DNA of 63,967 nt, filler included, from Conidiobolus incongruus B7586 (Eukaryota): NCBI GenBank assembly GCA_000697335.1. It is 11 parts of 11 records of this genome, joined end to end, with 100 filler letters (N's around TTAATTAATTAA, not from the genome) between each part and the next. Parts side by side here need not be neighbours in the genome. Positions count along the whole stretch, not along the records: positions 1 to 14,426 come from JNEM01007338.1; positions 14,527 to 28,354 come from JNEM01007341.1; 9 more parts are not named here. One strand, written 5' to 3'. The notes under the pieces are model-generated. The model was not told the DNA's origin. It saw only the letters and a list, made by a program, of their open reading frames with translations, and ran no database searches. Positions 13,124 through 27,603 of the stretch are shown piece after piece. Position 1 is the stretch's first letter. Every line of letters starts with the position of its first letter. The position numbers and the translations under genes are program-made.

Positions 13124-14426
13124 TTATTATATTTTGTTTCTGTAATATTTTTATCTTTTTTATAAACAATTAGTTATAATTTCATTGATAACAAAAATTC
13201 AACCTGATAAATCGATCACCCGGTATATTTGATTCTATAATATTAGCTGTGATAGTATCTCAATTATCTAAGGTGATTTTTGATGATTCACTTTCAATTA
13301 CAACCCTTACATTATTTATAACTATATCAGCTCAAATTTTTATATTAAATAATCCATTACTACAATTTATAAATTATTACAACTTTTGTTTTTGAATTTA
13401 GTCATTTTTTTATGATAATAAAGGCCAATATAATGAAAATAATTAGGAATTACAGTGAATTGATTATCAATAATTTCTCCAAATTAATCATCAATTGAAA
13501 TGAATACTGATATGTATTTTGAAATATAATATTTACTCAATTATTGTCCAATCCTAAAATCAAATTAACTATTTGACTCTAAGAAATAATACAATAACAT
13601 TTGTTAACAAATATATCAAAGATTTATAATTAAACTTACAAATATTAATAATACAGAATTAATAAAGCCTTTATTATCAATATTTTCTTGCCATCTTATT
13701 GCTAAAGTTCTAATATTTAAAAATTTATTTTTTACACCAATTGTATTTATTTTTTGAAATTTATTTCTTTATAATCATATTTTTTAATTATCTAAAGTAT
13801 TAAAGTTACAAAGGTTAAAAAATATTAAATATAGTTATATAACTCCCTCTTTTATAGTTCCATAGGTTTCAGACTAGCTGAGATTTATATTGGAATTTGT
13901 TTTGTTGGAAGTAATTTAGATAAAAGAAAATAACATAATTCTTTGATCAAAAATAAACCTAAATAAAGAATATGTATGAACTAAGAAAGAGATCTATATT
14001 GCCACAAAAAATTATATGTTTTTATATCATAGGGAATGATAGCTATAAAATTATTACCTACCTTTATCTACACATCATCTATTAACAAGAACATGATTAA
14101 TTTTATGATTCATATACTCAAGATCAGTAGTTTTTTCCATTTATTATTATTTAAAAATTTTGTACAATTTTGATTTTATATGTATTATTTTTTATATATA
14201 GAATTAAAAATATATTTAATTTATATTAATGAAAGTATTTAAAAATATTTCAAAAATTATACAATTTATTAATTATTTTGCTATGAAAAACAATATAAAT
14301 ATATATATATATATTATTAAAATTTTATAATAAAAATTTAATTATAAATGAAATAAAAATTTATTAGTCTTTATAAAGTGGATTTATTAATAAACACAAT
14401 ATTTTATCTTTAGATATAATAATACA

Positions 14427-14526
14427 NNNNNNNNNNNNNNNNNNNNNNNNNNNNNNNNNNNNNNNNNNNNTTAATTAATTAANNNNNNNNNNNNNNNNNN
14501 NNNNNNNNNNNNNNNNNNNNNNNNNN
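14427..14526. other. Assembly gap with artificial six-frame-stop linker
   Basis: N44-TTAATTAATTAA-N44. The same construct occurs at 28355, 33133, 42428, 44119, 45740, 49209, 50686, 52764 and 54220. Confidence 0.97.
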
Positions 14527-14579
14527 ATTATATTATATATATATATCATTTAAAGATATTTATTTATATGTTTATTATA

Positions 14580-14663
14580 TATATATATATATATATTTTT
14601 TAAAGTTAATATTATTTTTGAAAAATCAGAAATTAAAAATTTCCTATTTTTTCAAACCCAATA
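14580..14663 (-). mobile_element. Terminal fragment of the mariner family
   Basis: ttgaaaaatcagaaattaaaaatttcctatttt matches the mariner end at 37783-37829. Confidence 0.55.
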
Positions 14664-15899
14664 TAATAATAATATAGTAATATTTTATCTCATATGTTAT
14701 TTTATAATATACATTTTAAATTATTAAATATATATTTTAATTTTTAATATCAATTGGATTATTTTATTTATTAAATAGTTTTTTAAATATTTCATGAGTT
14801 AATAAATTATCAAATATTTAAATATTTACTAATATTTTCAGTTTTTAATTAATTTTATTTAACTTGGTTATTTATATATCTATATCTTTTAATTAAAATC
14901 AATTTATAAAATAATATTGAATATTTTAGTTAGCATCTCTAATTAGTTATAAGAGTATAAAATTAATAATTAAAATAAAAATGTTTTTAATCTATTAACA
15001 TAGCAAAATTTCCCGATATTTAAAAAAATATTGCATTATTCAGACCTATTAAAATTATTTATATGATCAATTTTATTAGTCTTTATTTACTAAAGCATCG
15101 AAACAAATTTTATTCAAAACTCCGATTAATTTAAGATTTTTAAATTCCTAATTGGTGAGAATTAATACTAAAAATAAAAATAACCAGACACGTTACGATT
15201 TCCTTTAGAAACTGAAATATCAATTTAACTGTATATAAATACAAATTGATGTTAATTTTAAAAATTAATTTTCAAAATATCAAATACCTCGATATTTCTT
15301 TAATCGCTGATAAGTAATTTTAAATTGTATGGTTAAAACTCTGAGATAAATTTAATAAAATCTTGCTAAAGTCACAACTTAATTAGATAATACTATAATA
15401 CCAAAAGTTTATTCATAGCTATTTTTATATCTACTTAAAAGTTTGAAATTAATAATATATAAAATAGGTTTAAAATTATATTAATTTCCTAAAATAAAGT
15501 GGCTAGTTTGAAAATTCAAATTGCTGATTTTTAATAATAGAAATTGAAAACTGAATAATATGTAAAATTCCATCAATTCATAATGATCTGAGATCAATTT
15601 TTAAACTAATAAATTTGGATTCGATTTTCAACCATATTTATTAATATATTAAGTGATTCTTTTAACTTATAAATACTTTATTCATCTAATATTTGAATAA
15701 CTTATTACCTGAAAATATTATTTAATATATAACTATAATTATTAAAATGTTAATTTTTGAATAAATATTAAACATTTTGATTTATAATATGATAATTGTA
15801 ATTTGAAAATTAAATTTAACAAATAATAAACCTAAATGTTCACTTTATCTTTTGGAATATGATATTAATTTAATTACAACCAATATATTTGATATCAAT

Positions 15900-16400
15900 A
15901 TCGACCTGGAGTATAGATTTTTATAGTATTATGTCACAAAAAAGATCATTTCAAATAATGTTCTCAGTTATTATAATCCAAACCTTTTTCAATAATCTAT
16001 TATTTAAATTTTATTTGTTATCAGCCAAGGAGCCAAGACAGAAAATATCAATAAAATCAAAATACGTATATAATGGATTGTTTCGTCTAAGACACATTTT
16101 ATATCATTTAAAAAAATTAAATTAATATATAATTTTATTCCGTTCATAACAAATGTCTTGTACAATTACAGAATCAGAATTTAATAATGTGATTAGTATC
16201 AAGATATCGCCTTATTTCATATTTTTCCACCAAAAACCTTCAACCGAAAATTAGGGTTGCCTGTTACAAAATTAGCAATTTAAATGGAATGATATAATTA
16301 ATTACATACTGGATGATAACTTGATGATAATTATTAATAATGGTTGAATAGATAGAATATTTTTCTCAGATTGTTGGGGTCCAGTATTAACTGAGATCTA
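15900..16400 (-). pseudogene. Highly decayed non-LTR (LINE) reverse transcriptase relic
   Basis: Minus-strand fragments in canonical order across frameshifts: ISVNTGPQQ..YLFNHY (QG motif), K*GDILIL (YADD-like), NLIFLNDIKCVL, DIFCLGSLADNK*NLN (YLG-like). Confidence 0.45.
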
Positions 16401-19085
16401 GAAACAATATAACAAATTAGGTAATTTCTCACGGTATTCCAAATCCAATATAATGTAATCTTGATTTAAAGCCAAATTAAATCATTAATTTGGTTACAAT
16501 TTTTTAATTTAGATTTTATTTTAATAAAAATTTCATTATTTTCATTTTAAATATTTCTCGAGCAGATTTCATTACTTTTATTTATAACAACTAAATATCA
16601 TTAAAAATTGTATTATTTAATGAATAATGGTGAAATTTATAGAATAATTTTTGCTAAATCCAATAGAAAATAAAAAAATTAATCTATTTTATATTGAATT
16701 GTATATATATATTGTACAATTAATATTTTCAAAAATATTTATCAACAGATTTAAATATTGAAACTATTTAATATTATTATTGCGGAATAAGAAATTTAAA
16801 ATTGTCCTAATTACTATAATTTAAGAGTTTATTAATTAATTTTCAATTAAAATATTCTCAGGTGAGAGGAATGTTTTACATACTTTTCGGATAACAAGAA
16901 CAAAGTTTTATATTGAAATTACTTTCTTAAATGTAACTTGTCAAATTAAATAGTTGGAAAATTATACAATTAATTGAAATGTATTGGCAAAAATCTACCT
17001 ATGAGTTAATAAATCATGTTAACAACTCTATTTGAAAATGTGAAATCATCATCAATGAAATCATATAATTTATATGAAAGCAGTTGTAACAATAAATATT
17101 TCCTTGATGTAAATGATATTTCTTATGAGGATAAAATATAATAAATACTAACATTGAAATTGATATATTATAATATAAAGTTATGTTTTCACAATAAATG
17201 TATTGATAACCATTCAATCAGATATTAATCAATTAATTACAAATATTTCTATTAATTTTGGTTTACTATTTAGAGATTTGATTTGGATAGTATGGATAAA
17301 TTGAGTTTACATAAGTGTTAAAATAATTTGATAATAACTAGATGTACAAATGTCTGAAATTAACAATGACGAAAACTATTAGATAGTAGCCTCTTTTTAA
17401 TTCCTTATTGATATATATTTGAATTTTGATTTATTAAACTATTAACAATCCTTCAAAAACTCTTGATCGAAATTTACTTAGCTATTGTTTGATAGTATTT
17501 AACTACGAATTACTTGAAAATATTAGTTTTAATTAATAATTGATGTATTTGAGATTTAAAAATATAAAAATTAAATATAATTTCTGTGATATAGAAAAAA
17601 TACATTTCTTGATAGCTTTTTCAAATAGTATTCTGTCAATATAAAAAGATTTAATTGTGTCACATATAATTTAATAACCATATTTCATTCAGATTTAAAA
17701 CCAACAGGAAGAACATTTTTAATTATTCTTTGAATACAATTTTAGGTTTATCAGACAATAAAAATCGAAAATTAAAATAATATATTAATTAATCATATTT
17801 TAAACATAATCAGAATCGACAATGTGTGTTTGGTTTGTTAGTAACAAATATTAGTAATATTAATATGTTAAAGCATCAAAAATATACGACATGTGATTCA
17901 ATTAGGATAATACATATCTTTAAGGTAGTTGGATTTTAAAGTAATTTGATATCAAGATCTATAAAATATATCAGTCATAAACACAAATTAAATTTAAATA
18001 TTTAGAATAAGTGATATTGATAATTTAAGATTTATCAAATTCATTACGATGTTTGAGCACCTAACTGTTGCCAAAGGTATTGCTTGAGTAAAGGCTATGC
18101 TCTAGTGTGCTTAACTTGAAAAATTATCAAATTCATATCTAGAGTGTAAATACCTTATATTTGATATACAAATATTTCTAAATTATTTCTTAATATTTCA
18201 ATTTTTTAATAATATTTCCATTAGATAAGAAATTAATATCGAATATAACGATCAAATGCACTAGGGAAAATATAAGCTTTATCAATTTAGATCTTTAATA
18301 AAATTGATATATTTATAGATAGTTTTGAATATATATATTTAAAGGTTATGGCTATTCAGTAGAGTAAGTGATATAGATAGCTGGATCTGAGAATTCATTT
18401 AACATTTCTAAATTATAAGGGTTGATAAATTATTCTTATATATATATATTAATATAAATAGATAAAAATTATTAATGGCACATAATATATATCTAATATA
18501 ATATAATCGGTCCATTAAAAATACATGGATATTAATCAAAAAACTCTTGAGTATTTTTTAACCTAATTCTAAGAAATTATAATCACTTGTTAAAATTAAA
18601 TAATGAAATCATTAAGTATTAATATAAATCAATATTCATCTCTATAGAATAGATGAAATACTTGATTAATTCGGTTTTGTATTTTGACCAAGGGGATCTA
18701 ATATAAGATATGAATATTACCATATTTTGCAGTATTAAAATTGATAAAAGATCCGATTGTGAGACCATTTAATAAGTATGGTTAATATTTCATTATTTTA
18801 GTTTCACCAATGATCAGATATTAAACTTGTAACCAACAATCATAAGTGTCGTTAATTAACAAATTCTCAAGGACTAAATATATAATATCAATTTAAACCA
18901 ATTTTTAAAATCTCAAATTTTTTTATACTTGTTTATCAAAAAATCAAAATCATAAAAAAATACATAAATATTTAAATAATATTTATTCATAAAAAGATAG
19001 ATTTTGAATTTAATCACTAAAAGTGTATATATAAATAGATTTGATTTAAATAGCGATTGATATCCAGTATCTTAAAACTCAATAG

Positions 19086-19832
19086 TTATTGTAAAATAGG
19101 GCTAAAAGGTAGAACTGGGGAGGAGCTATCTTGGGTTTCCATGAAACTCCAGTTTTGGTAATGAAATAAGGGTTCTGAAGGCATTTGATTGTATCCTATA
19201 TTCCCCCACATTGGATATTCAGTCATTAGTTTAGGTGATGTGGTATGAGTTTGAATACTTCGGGAATTTATATACATTTCCCAATTCCTGAAATATGATT
19301 CATAAGTGGGTTCAGGGTTTGGGGTAATTTGAGGTAATTCCGAGGTATATAATGGGATTTGAGGAGTACTATATATCCCAACATCCAAAGGACTGGATGA
19401 GTAATTTGATTGGTTGAACCAATTATAGTCAAATTGATCCATTGAAATCAATGGTTGAAATGATAATTCATGTGAATTATCACAAATTTGTGAATCAAGG
19501 TTTGATTCAGGGCCATTATCATTGGTTGGAGGTGGTGTAGTTTCTTTAAGTTTGGTTTTTGTAATTGATTCGTAATATTCAATAGCAGCATCTACTTTCG
19601 ACTTGGGACCCCTTTTCTTTGGAACACTCAAATACGTACAGTTAATCCCTTTTCTCTTACAGTGATTACACTGGATAGAATTTCTATCACATTTAATACG
19701 ATGCTTTTTGCATCTATCGCAAGGTTTGGGAATGTCATTATTTGATGAAAGAGCCTGTGGTCTGAATAATATAGCCATCTCATAAGGAAGATTGGAGTTA
19801 TGTAATTGTACGCTCAAATCCGCTTTAGGCAT
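19086..19832 (-). CDS. Zn(II)2Cys6 binuclear cluster transcription factor (~248 aa)
   Basis: CDRCKKHRIKCDRNSIQCNHCKRKGINC followed by PKKRGPK and an S/P/Q/N/Y-rich tail. The first ATG is at 19832 (alternative at 19778), downstream of a TATATAAA at ~19918-19925. The ORF-track start at 19937 is a TTG. Confidence 0.88.
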   Translation of the reverse strand: MPKADLSVQLHNSNLPYEMAILFRPQALSSNNDIPKPCDRCKKHRIKCDRNSIQCNHCKRKGINCTYLSVPKKRGPKSKVDAAIEYYESITKTKLKETTPPPTNDNGPESNLDSQICDNSHELSFQPLISMDQFDYNWFNQSNYSSSPLDVGIYSTPQIPLYTSELPQITPNPEPTYESYFRNWEMYINSRSIQTHTTSPKLMTEYPMWGNIGYNQMPSEPLFHYQNWSFMETQDSSSPVLPFSPILQ

Positions 19833-21289
19833 TATGTCAATACGTAAATAAATCAAATACGTAAGAATGATTGAATGTGTGAAGGATGTGATATCAATTT
19901 GTGGTACAACATGGTGGTTTATATACCTAAATCCCAAATTCTCAAGTTATCCATATATTGGAATAACCTTGTGAGAAATTGTCCGATTGGACCAAAATAT
20001 AACCAGTTATGATTTTTCTAAAAAGATAACTCAGGGAATAAATCGACCAAATATCAACCTGATTTAATCATCAAGTCCAACAGTTGTATTATTTATTACT
20101 ATGAGAAAAAATATTGATTTTTAGTTATTAATATTGATTAACTTAGATTTTATACTATATTCAAAATAGAAATAATTTCAACATGATATATATTTAGAAT
20201 TTTATAGTTTGAAAATATTATTATATTTATAATATAAAAAATCTTCTTTATTTAATTGCATTATATGTAACCATAATAAAATTTATTTCTTTAATTCTAA
20301 TTATACTATATCTGGAAAATGAAATATTAATTCACTAAAAATATAAAACTTTTCTATTCGATACTATATTGTTATTTGTTAAGGTAAAGATTACTAAAGA
20401 ATATCCATTAATATAAATTATATTATTTCTTTTTAAAAATATTATACCACAATTATATTAAATCATAAAATAAGATGAAACAATTATTTTATTATTTGCA
20501 AAGGTGCGTATATTTATAGAATTTTAATCATCTGTGGATATTTTCACACAACTGGGCTTTGATAATTTGACGATTTTCGCAGTCTCTCTGTTAGCGGCAG
20601 TAGAACGGTGTAGCCTTGGATAAAAATAGATCAGATTACACAAAACTAAAGAGATTACCCTACAAAAATGGATAGCTTATCAACTAATGAATTATCTTAC
20701 CAATTTGAGAGAGTTTATTTTCAGTATATATATAGACTTGATGAATGCGCAAATACGCCGCAGTTTTCAGATTCAATATGTTCGTTGGATGTTCATCGTT
20801 GACAAGGCAATAATAAATTCTTCAATAAGATTTATATTAGTGTAAAGTCATGCTTTAATGCTATTTCTCTATCAATCTTTATTATCCCATTAACGATACA
20901 GAATAGAAAATAATTTAAACTGCTTATCAATCAGCTCATCCAAATTAATATATATAAACTGTGTATTAGTTTTTTGAAAGTCAAACTGTGTTATAAACTT
21001 ATGTACTATAGGTTTGTTTTAATTGGTTATATAAACGAAATCGGTTAAAAATAATAATATTTTATTTAATTTTATTGAAATTAATCAAAGATAATTATAA
21101 TTAAATTTAACAAATATATTAATTTATTTATTATTCAAACCAAGATATATTAAACAATAATTTTAAATTGATGATTTTATTCATCTTATTAATCATTATT
21201 TCGCATAATATAATTATGCTGAATAATGTATTCAAGCATCACAATACATTTGAATAAAAACACAATATCATGAACCATAGATCAATATA

Positions 21290-21550
21290 ATCATATGAAA
21301 TCCACATGGCGAACAGGTTATCTCTTATACCTATTTGGATATCACCAAAAATTGGTTATTTTCAACAAAATTTGGTGTAATTAATAAAAATTTTTGGGAT
21401 CCGCTAATATTGAATTCAATTTTTGGAAAAAATATAATTTTACAAATCTTAAACTCAAAATCCCTTAATAAATTTAATATTCCAAAAGAAAAATTATTAG
21501 ACCTATTGCTGACGTAAACATTTCAAAGAAATTTTTAAAAATTTAGGAAT
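21290..21550 (+). pseudogene. Possible decayed LINE ORF2 fragment (RT N-terminal part)
   Basis: PHGEQVISYTYL resembles PGxDGISY. IPKEK followed after a frameshift by IIRPIADVNISKKFLK resembles YRPIALxNxxxKxF. Confidence 0.35.
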
Positions 21551-24500
21551 AGACCTATACATATATCATATTAATAAAATAAAAATATTTTTCATATTTA
21601 TCACATACCTTGGCATATATATTCGATTAATATAAATATATATTTTAAGTATTTTAATTGTATTGTTGTGAAATATTAATTGCTATCAAATATATTTTTA
21701 TAAATAATTAAAATGATAAAACATTTTCTTTTATAACATTCAAAATATTTATTTCAAAGTAAATAAGATAATTAATTTAGTTAAAAAATACTCTAATTTT
21801 AAAACTTTTTTCCAAGCTCCATTTTATTATCACATCGAAATTTTTTATAAGGAATAAAAGTTTGATGAAATTAAAATTTATTAATTGATTTTTAGTCCTG
21901 ATATAAAAGTTTTTACTTTAAATCTATTTTAACATGTGAAAAATGATATCATCTTGCTAAATGAATTGATTTTTGCTTAATTCAAATTATAGACAATATT
22001 TTTCAAGTGACATCATCTTTATTTGACGACTTACTCGGTTATTGACTTATATACATTTGTTAAATCATTCATTTGTTGAGATACTAATTAACTCTAATTA
22101 AATTTTATTGGTTAAAAATTGAATCATATTCATTTTATTTATTTAATTGTTTTTGTTTTACAATCCTAATTTTCTAATTTATCAAGTTTAATGAATATAA
22201 TCAGCTTTTAAATTACTCAACTTTTTTTATATTTTTGGTAAAACCAATTATTTTGAAAATATTTTTATTAAAATAGGAATGGGTAAATTAAGTATTTTAA
22301 ATTGGGTAAAATATTGTCAGATGGGAATTAGTATTACTAAAAATGTAAATTAAACGCGGTGGAAACTGTTGGGAGAAATATGAATTTTAATCAATCAATA
22401 ATATATTATCAATTTGAATTCTTAAAAATTAATTAAGGCAAATTTTCAATTTAGGTTCCATGCAATTCGAATATATCAATTTATATATGATGTCAAGAAG
22501 TTCATATTTAATTATTGATTTCATAATGTTCATCTTTAAACTATTGAGATTAGTAAACCAAAATTTCAGATTTAAATTATATAAATAATTACTGGAATAT
22601 AATAATAAAGTTTATTACATTATATAGTATATATATTTCCTTTTTATCATTTAAATTATATTAATTTTAAACTTATTAAATCTTATCTGTTGTCCTAAAT
22701 ATAATAATGATTGATATATTGGTTGATAAATATATATTAGCTATTCTAGTAAACAGATTTTTCATTTTGATCCAACATCGTGGTTATTATTAGTATGCGA
22801 ATTAGAACAACATTACAGTAACAGGCGATAACTAGTTTGTATAATATACTGCTTGAAACTTAAATATATGTTAAATCAAATAAATTCAGAATTATCGTGG
22901 CAATGGATGATGTGACAATTCTTGAATTTTTAAGTAATGTACAAAAAATGTTGAGAAGATTATAATTTTAATATTCTAAAAACAATTTATCTGGTTATTA
23001 TATATTTGATTTATTCCGTTTTGGGTGTTAAATTAAACAAAATATATTAAACGATATTGAGATAAAATAGCTGTTAATTCACTTTAATTATGAGAGGATG
23101 GTAGTGTATATTTTGAATAGTCTAAATTTGATAATAAATTTTTAAAGATAATTATTAGGAAAAATAAATATTATCAAATTATCGTGGTTAATAATATAAT
23201 CAACATAATTTTATTCTGCAATTTTTTGAATATACATTATTTCAAATTGTAATCTTATTGTGTTAATATTATCTAACAAGTTTGAATGTATAATTCAGGA
23301 TTTCGAGTATTTCATAATGCTTTCACTTAGTTTAAATCTTTTGTAAATATAGAAAATTTTATATATATAAAGAATGTGAATTGGAAACAGAATTAATATA
23401 AATAAAGTTTTTCGCCATGTAATATATATATATATATATATATTGATACTTGTAATCTTAGGCTATTATTAGTAATTTTTATATAAGCCAAAGATTAACA
23501 AAAATATATTCATTTGATCTAACCTAATTTATAATGTTTAATCATAGAGATGTAACTTTTGGTCATAATTTACTTTTGCTGCCCTTTATGTTTCGATGTG
23601 AAAAACATTTTAATTTCCATATTTAAAAAAGCTATTATATTTACAATAATATATCAAATATATTATTAAACCCTTAAAATTTTACTATTATTAATATTAC
23701 TCAAATTCTTTTGTTTATTTTATTCTATTGTATATTTTCACATTAATATATTTTAAAATTTGAGTTAATTATTTACTCCATAATTATACTTAGTTATTTC
23801 AAGGATATTAGTTAATACTAACCACAATTCAAACTTATAAAAGACTGACATTGAAAATTTAAAGTGATAGAACATATATTAGAATATTATATATAATTTT
23901 CTAAATAAATTTTAGTTGTAATATCAACATCGAATCATTGGTGATTTAACGAAGAAATATCGAACAAAACGATATTAAACATATTTAGTTTAAGCAGTTG
24001 AATTGCTACATACACTCAGATTATTTAAATTACACTTTAATCTTAGTAAAATTTAATCGAAATATCCATTGTGTGTTAATGTAGAGACCTGAGATATGAA
24101 CCAAAGCTAAAGATATATTGTGATATATATCATATTAAAATGTTCATATAGAAATTTGAGGATAATATAAAAACTAAATTATTTATTGCCAAATATCTTT
24201 TAACTAGTAAAAAATTTTTATTTTGGAGTCAAAATGAGCTAATTATTTAAACGCTTCTCTAATTAATAAATTCCTTGACAATATTCGTGTTTTTAAGTAG
24301 ACTAATACAAAGTTCAAAATCCTCAACCAAAATAAAGAATTGAAAAAGACAATACAACAAGACCAAAGAAAAACATATATAAGCGTCAATACTTCAGTTA
24401 CTTATATACCAAACTTACCCCAAATCAAAAAATAATTTGACCTAATAATTTTGAATTTTAATTAAAATTAAATTAGCTTTCAAGTAAACAAATACCATAA

Positions 24501-27082
24501 TAAGATTATACAATCCAATCAAAAAGATTAAATTACAGAATAACCTACTAAATCATATAAAGAACTTCGCGGTACATACGCTAGATTTTATTAAAGATTT
24601 ACAGTTCTTATGAGAACTCAACAATATGAGTGAAGTATATTAAATACTACAACTTTTGGATTTTAATGAAAAATTTTTATTGCAATTAAATTGAGGATTA
24701 CGTCACACGATTTTGTTAATTCAATTTTTGAGAATTGTTGGATTTTTTATTCATGTGAATTTTTTTCTTGTGACTTTTGTTGGAAAATAATCCCTCAATT
24801 CCATTTTGATTGTTTGAATATTTAGAGTGAAGATTAACGGTCTTGAATCAATTAAGCCCTGTTCTGCTCCCTGAAGTAATTTATCTTCTAATCAATATTA
24901 TTTTTATATACAATTATTAGATGTCACTCTCTTTTGTTAATTCATTCACGAATATTTGAATATAAGTTGATATTAAAATTAATTTGAAATAAATTTAGGT
25001 GGATAATACTTGGAAAAGGGAACCTATTTAAATAATCTTTCTATAGAATATAACATCATCATTAATTATACCTAAACTGCAGCTATAATTATGCCAACTA
25101 ACATATTCATTCCAATCACTATATTATATTATTTAAATATATCTCATCATTTAACTAACGATGAATATGGATATTATAAATTTATTTCATAAAACCATAA
25201 TATTAATTTTATTAATTTATCAATCAAAAGAAATTAATTGGCCTTTTAATATGATAATCATGAATATTCTAATATATTCAACCTTATCAACCAGCATATT
25301 CATTAGAGATGATTATACTGAACACAGAATGGAAATTGATCAAAGTTTTTTAGAATTCACTATTATTATATCATATTAAAGAATTATAATATAATCTATT
25401 TTTACATTTAAAATAATTATATAAATCTAATAAAAAATTATTGGATTTAATCAATATATGATCAATGGTTATTAGTTTATAATATTATTCAAAATTGTAT
25501 AGAATGTTCTATCAAACAAATATATTAATTTGATTGATCAGATCTCTCTTCATTCAAACAGGTTCATATAAAAATTTATAATTTTTTAAATCAAGAATAA
25601 ATTTATTATGTATTAAATATATAAAGATAATGGTATATTTAGAGGATTTAATATACTAATTGAAAGATACATGATTTGGAAATTTAGTTCACTAGCTCTA
25701 AGTATTTGTAAAAACTTTTATATAAGAGTCGTCTTATTAAAGTTAGAGGTATTTTATAATATATTAAATATAGTATTCTTACCTTCATTTTAGAGGTAGC
25801 ATATTAACTTTATTTAATATTTGAGTTTTAAGATATTATTACAAGATCTGAATATTAACAAATGTATTATTTTTAGATGTATGACCAATATTATATTTCG
25901 GTATATTAAAGTGAATAATTAATTTAATAATTATTCGAAATTAAATTAATAATAAATATAAAATATTGAAGATATAATTTAAATTTAATAAGTCAATTTT
26001 AAAAGAATTAATAAATTTTGAGTTGTTTTATCAAAATAATTTAAACTCTTTTAATTAATTCATTAATATTTTTGGTATTATTTTTTAAATTAGAAATGTA
26101 ATTTGGTTAACAATATTGTTGTAGCAAATATATTTATCTAATTTGCAACATCTCATTTAAAAATATCCCTTTCCCCTCTATTTAAATAAAATTACTCTCT
26201 AATATACAGTTGGTTTATAATTAATATTTTTTTATGTTTATAAAATTTAATTAAATAATTAAAAATACTAAAATATTAACAGAATCAAATTAATAACCTT
26301 AAAAACCGTGGTTATATTTGTAGTTAATCGATGGGTGTTACTTTTAATATTTTTAATATATTTTAAAATATAAATTCAAAAATATATAATTTGATATTAC
26401 AAGTGCATTATTTCGAGTTACTTACATCATAAGGATAATAGATTTTTTTGTATATAATGATAGTTTAAATAATTTTATCATTTAAATTAATTTACAAACC
26501 TGATTTTATATAACATTTTAATTATTAGATTAGACTAAATTAATTTTATAAAAGATAAATTATAATTAAATTCGAGTTATTTCATTTCTAATATATCTTT
26601 ACAATAATAAAATGAATTTTATTATTTTATTATGAAATAATCTTGTCATAAATATTTTTCAATAATATTAATTCTCAAAAAATATTTTGTTAAATGAAAT
26701 ATAATAACCATAATTGCGTATAATTTAAAATGAGAATATTTACACATTATTAAAAAGAATTATTTATTTATTTATTTATACAAGATATTAAATATTATAT
26801 AAGTTCTAATATTAGATAGAATAACTTTCAGATTAGATATTATTAAATTTAGTTTTGTCTTGATAATGTTATAGTATAATGAAATTTCAATTATCTATTA
26901 TATTGATTATCTGAAATAAATCAAAAAAATAATATACAAAGTAAAATAAAATAATAATATATAATATTATTTAAGTATTTGAATTGATAATATTATTCTT
27001 TTGATTTAAATTTAATAATGATATATAATAGTATAACATAAATCTTGATAAATAAAATAATGAAAATAATTTTGGATAAAAT

Positions 27083-27484
27083 TATAAGTGCAATAGTAAC
27101 AAGACCAGTATAGTATAAAGGAAACATAATATATAAGTAATATGGCCCATAACGTGGTACTGATAATATGGCAGGATAATGTAAATATAAACAAAGTTTA
27201 ATTAAACTTTGTAAACAAACAAGTCAACACTAATATATTAGGTTTTATATTAGGTAATACCAATATAATATAATATTAATAAAATATAATCTTAACTTTA
27301 AAAATAATAGAAAAAAATTAAAAATAAAAAGAATTAAAAAAATAAAAAGCTTAATTTACTAGATAATAAATATTTTTTATTTAGTTAATTTAATTTTAAA
27401 AGTATAAATTAATTATTTAATATAGAGTTAAGTAGATTATATAAAAATAAATATATAACAATTTTAAGAACTAATTTCTTAATA
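27083..27484. repeat. Solo LTR, family B (diverged copy)
   Basis: ~400 bp homologous to 27905-28305, 58970-59368 and 62075-62473. Termini tataag...ttaata derive from TGTAAG...TTAACA. Confidence 0.75.
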
Positions 27485-27603
27485 TAAACAATAATTTCAA
27501 GCTAATAAAAAAATATTTGAAATATAAATTAATTCCATAAATATTATTGTTGTTTATATTCTTTTTATAAAAATCTATATTTAATATTAATTTTTTAAAT
27601 TAT

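Noticed and set aside
14471..14482. TTAATTAATTAA palindrome recurring ten times between N runs
   Set aside because: Artificial scaffold linker (stops in all six frames) centred in fixed 100-bp gaps. It is not a biological repeat or CRISPR-like array.
24300..24620. A-rich stretch with VHTLDFIKD resembling the LINE LDFxKAFD motif
   Set aside because: A single weak motif with no supporting neighbours.
15889..27194. Short I/N/Y/F/L-rich ORFs (15889, 17014, 25161, 27012)
   Set aside because: Their composition is what chance ORFs in very AT-rich DNA look like. 27012-27194 overlaps a solo LTR.
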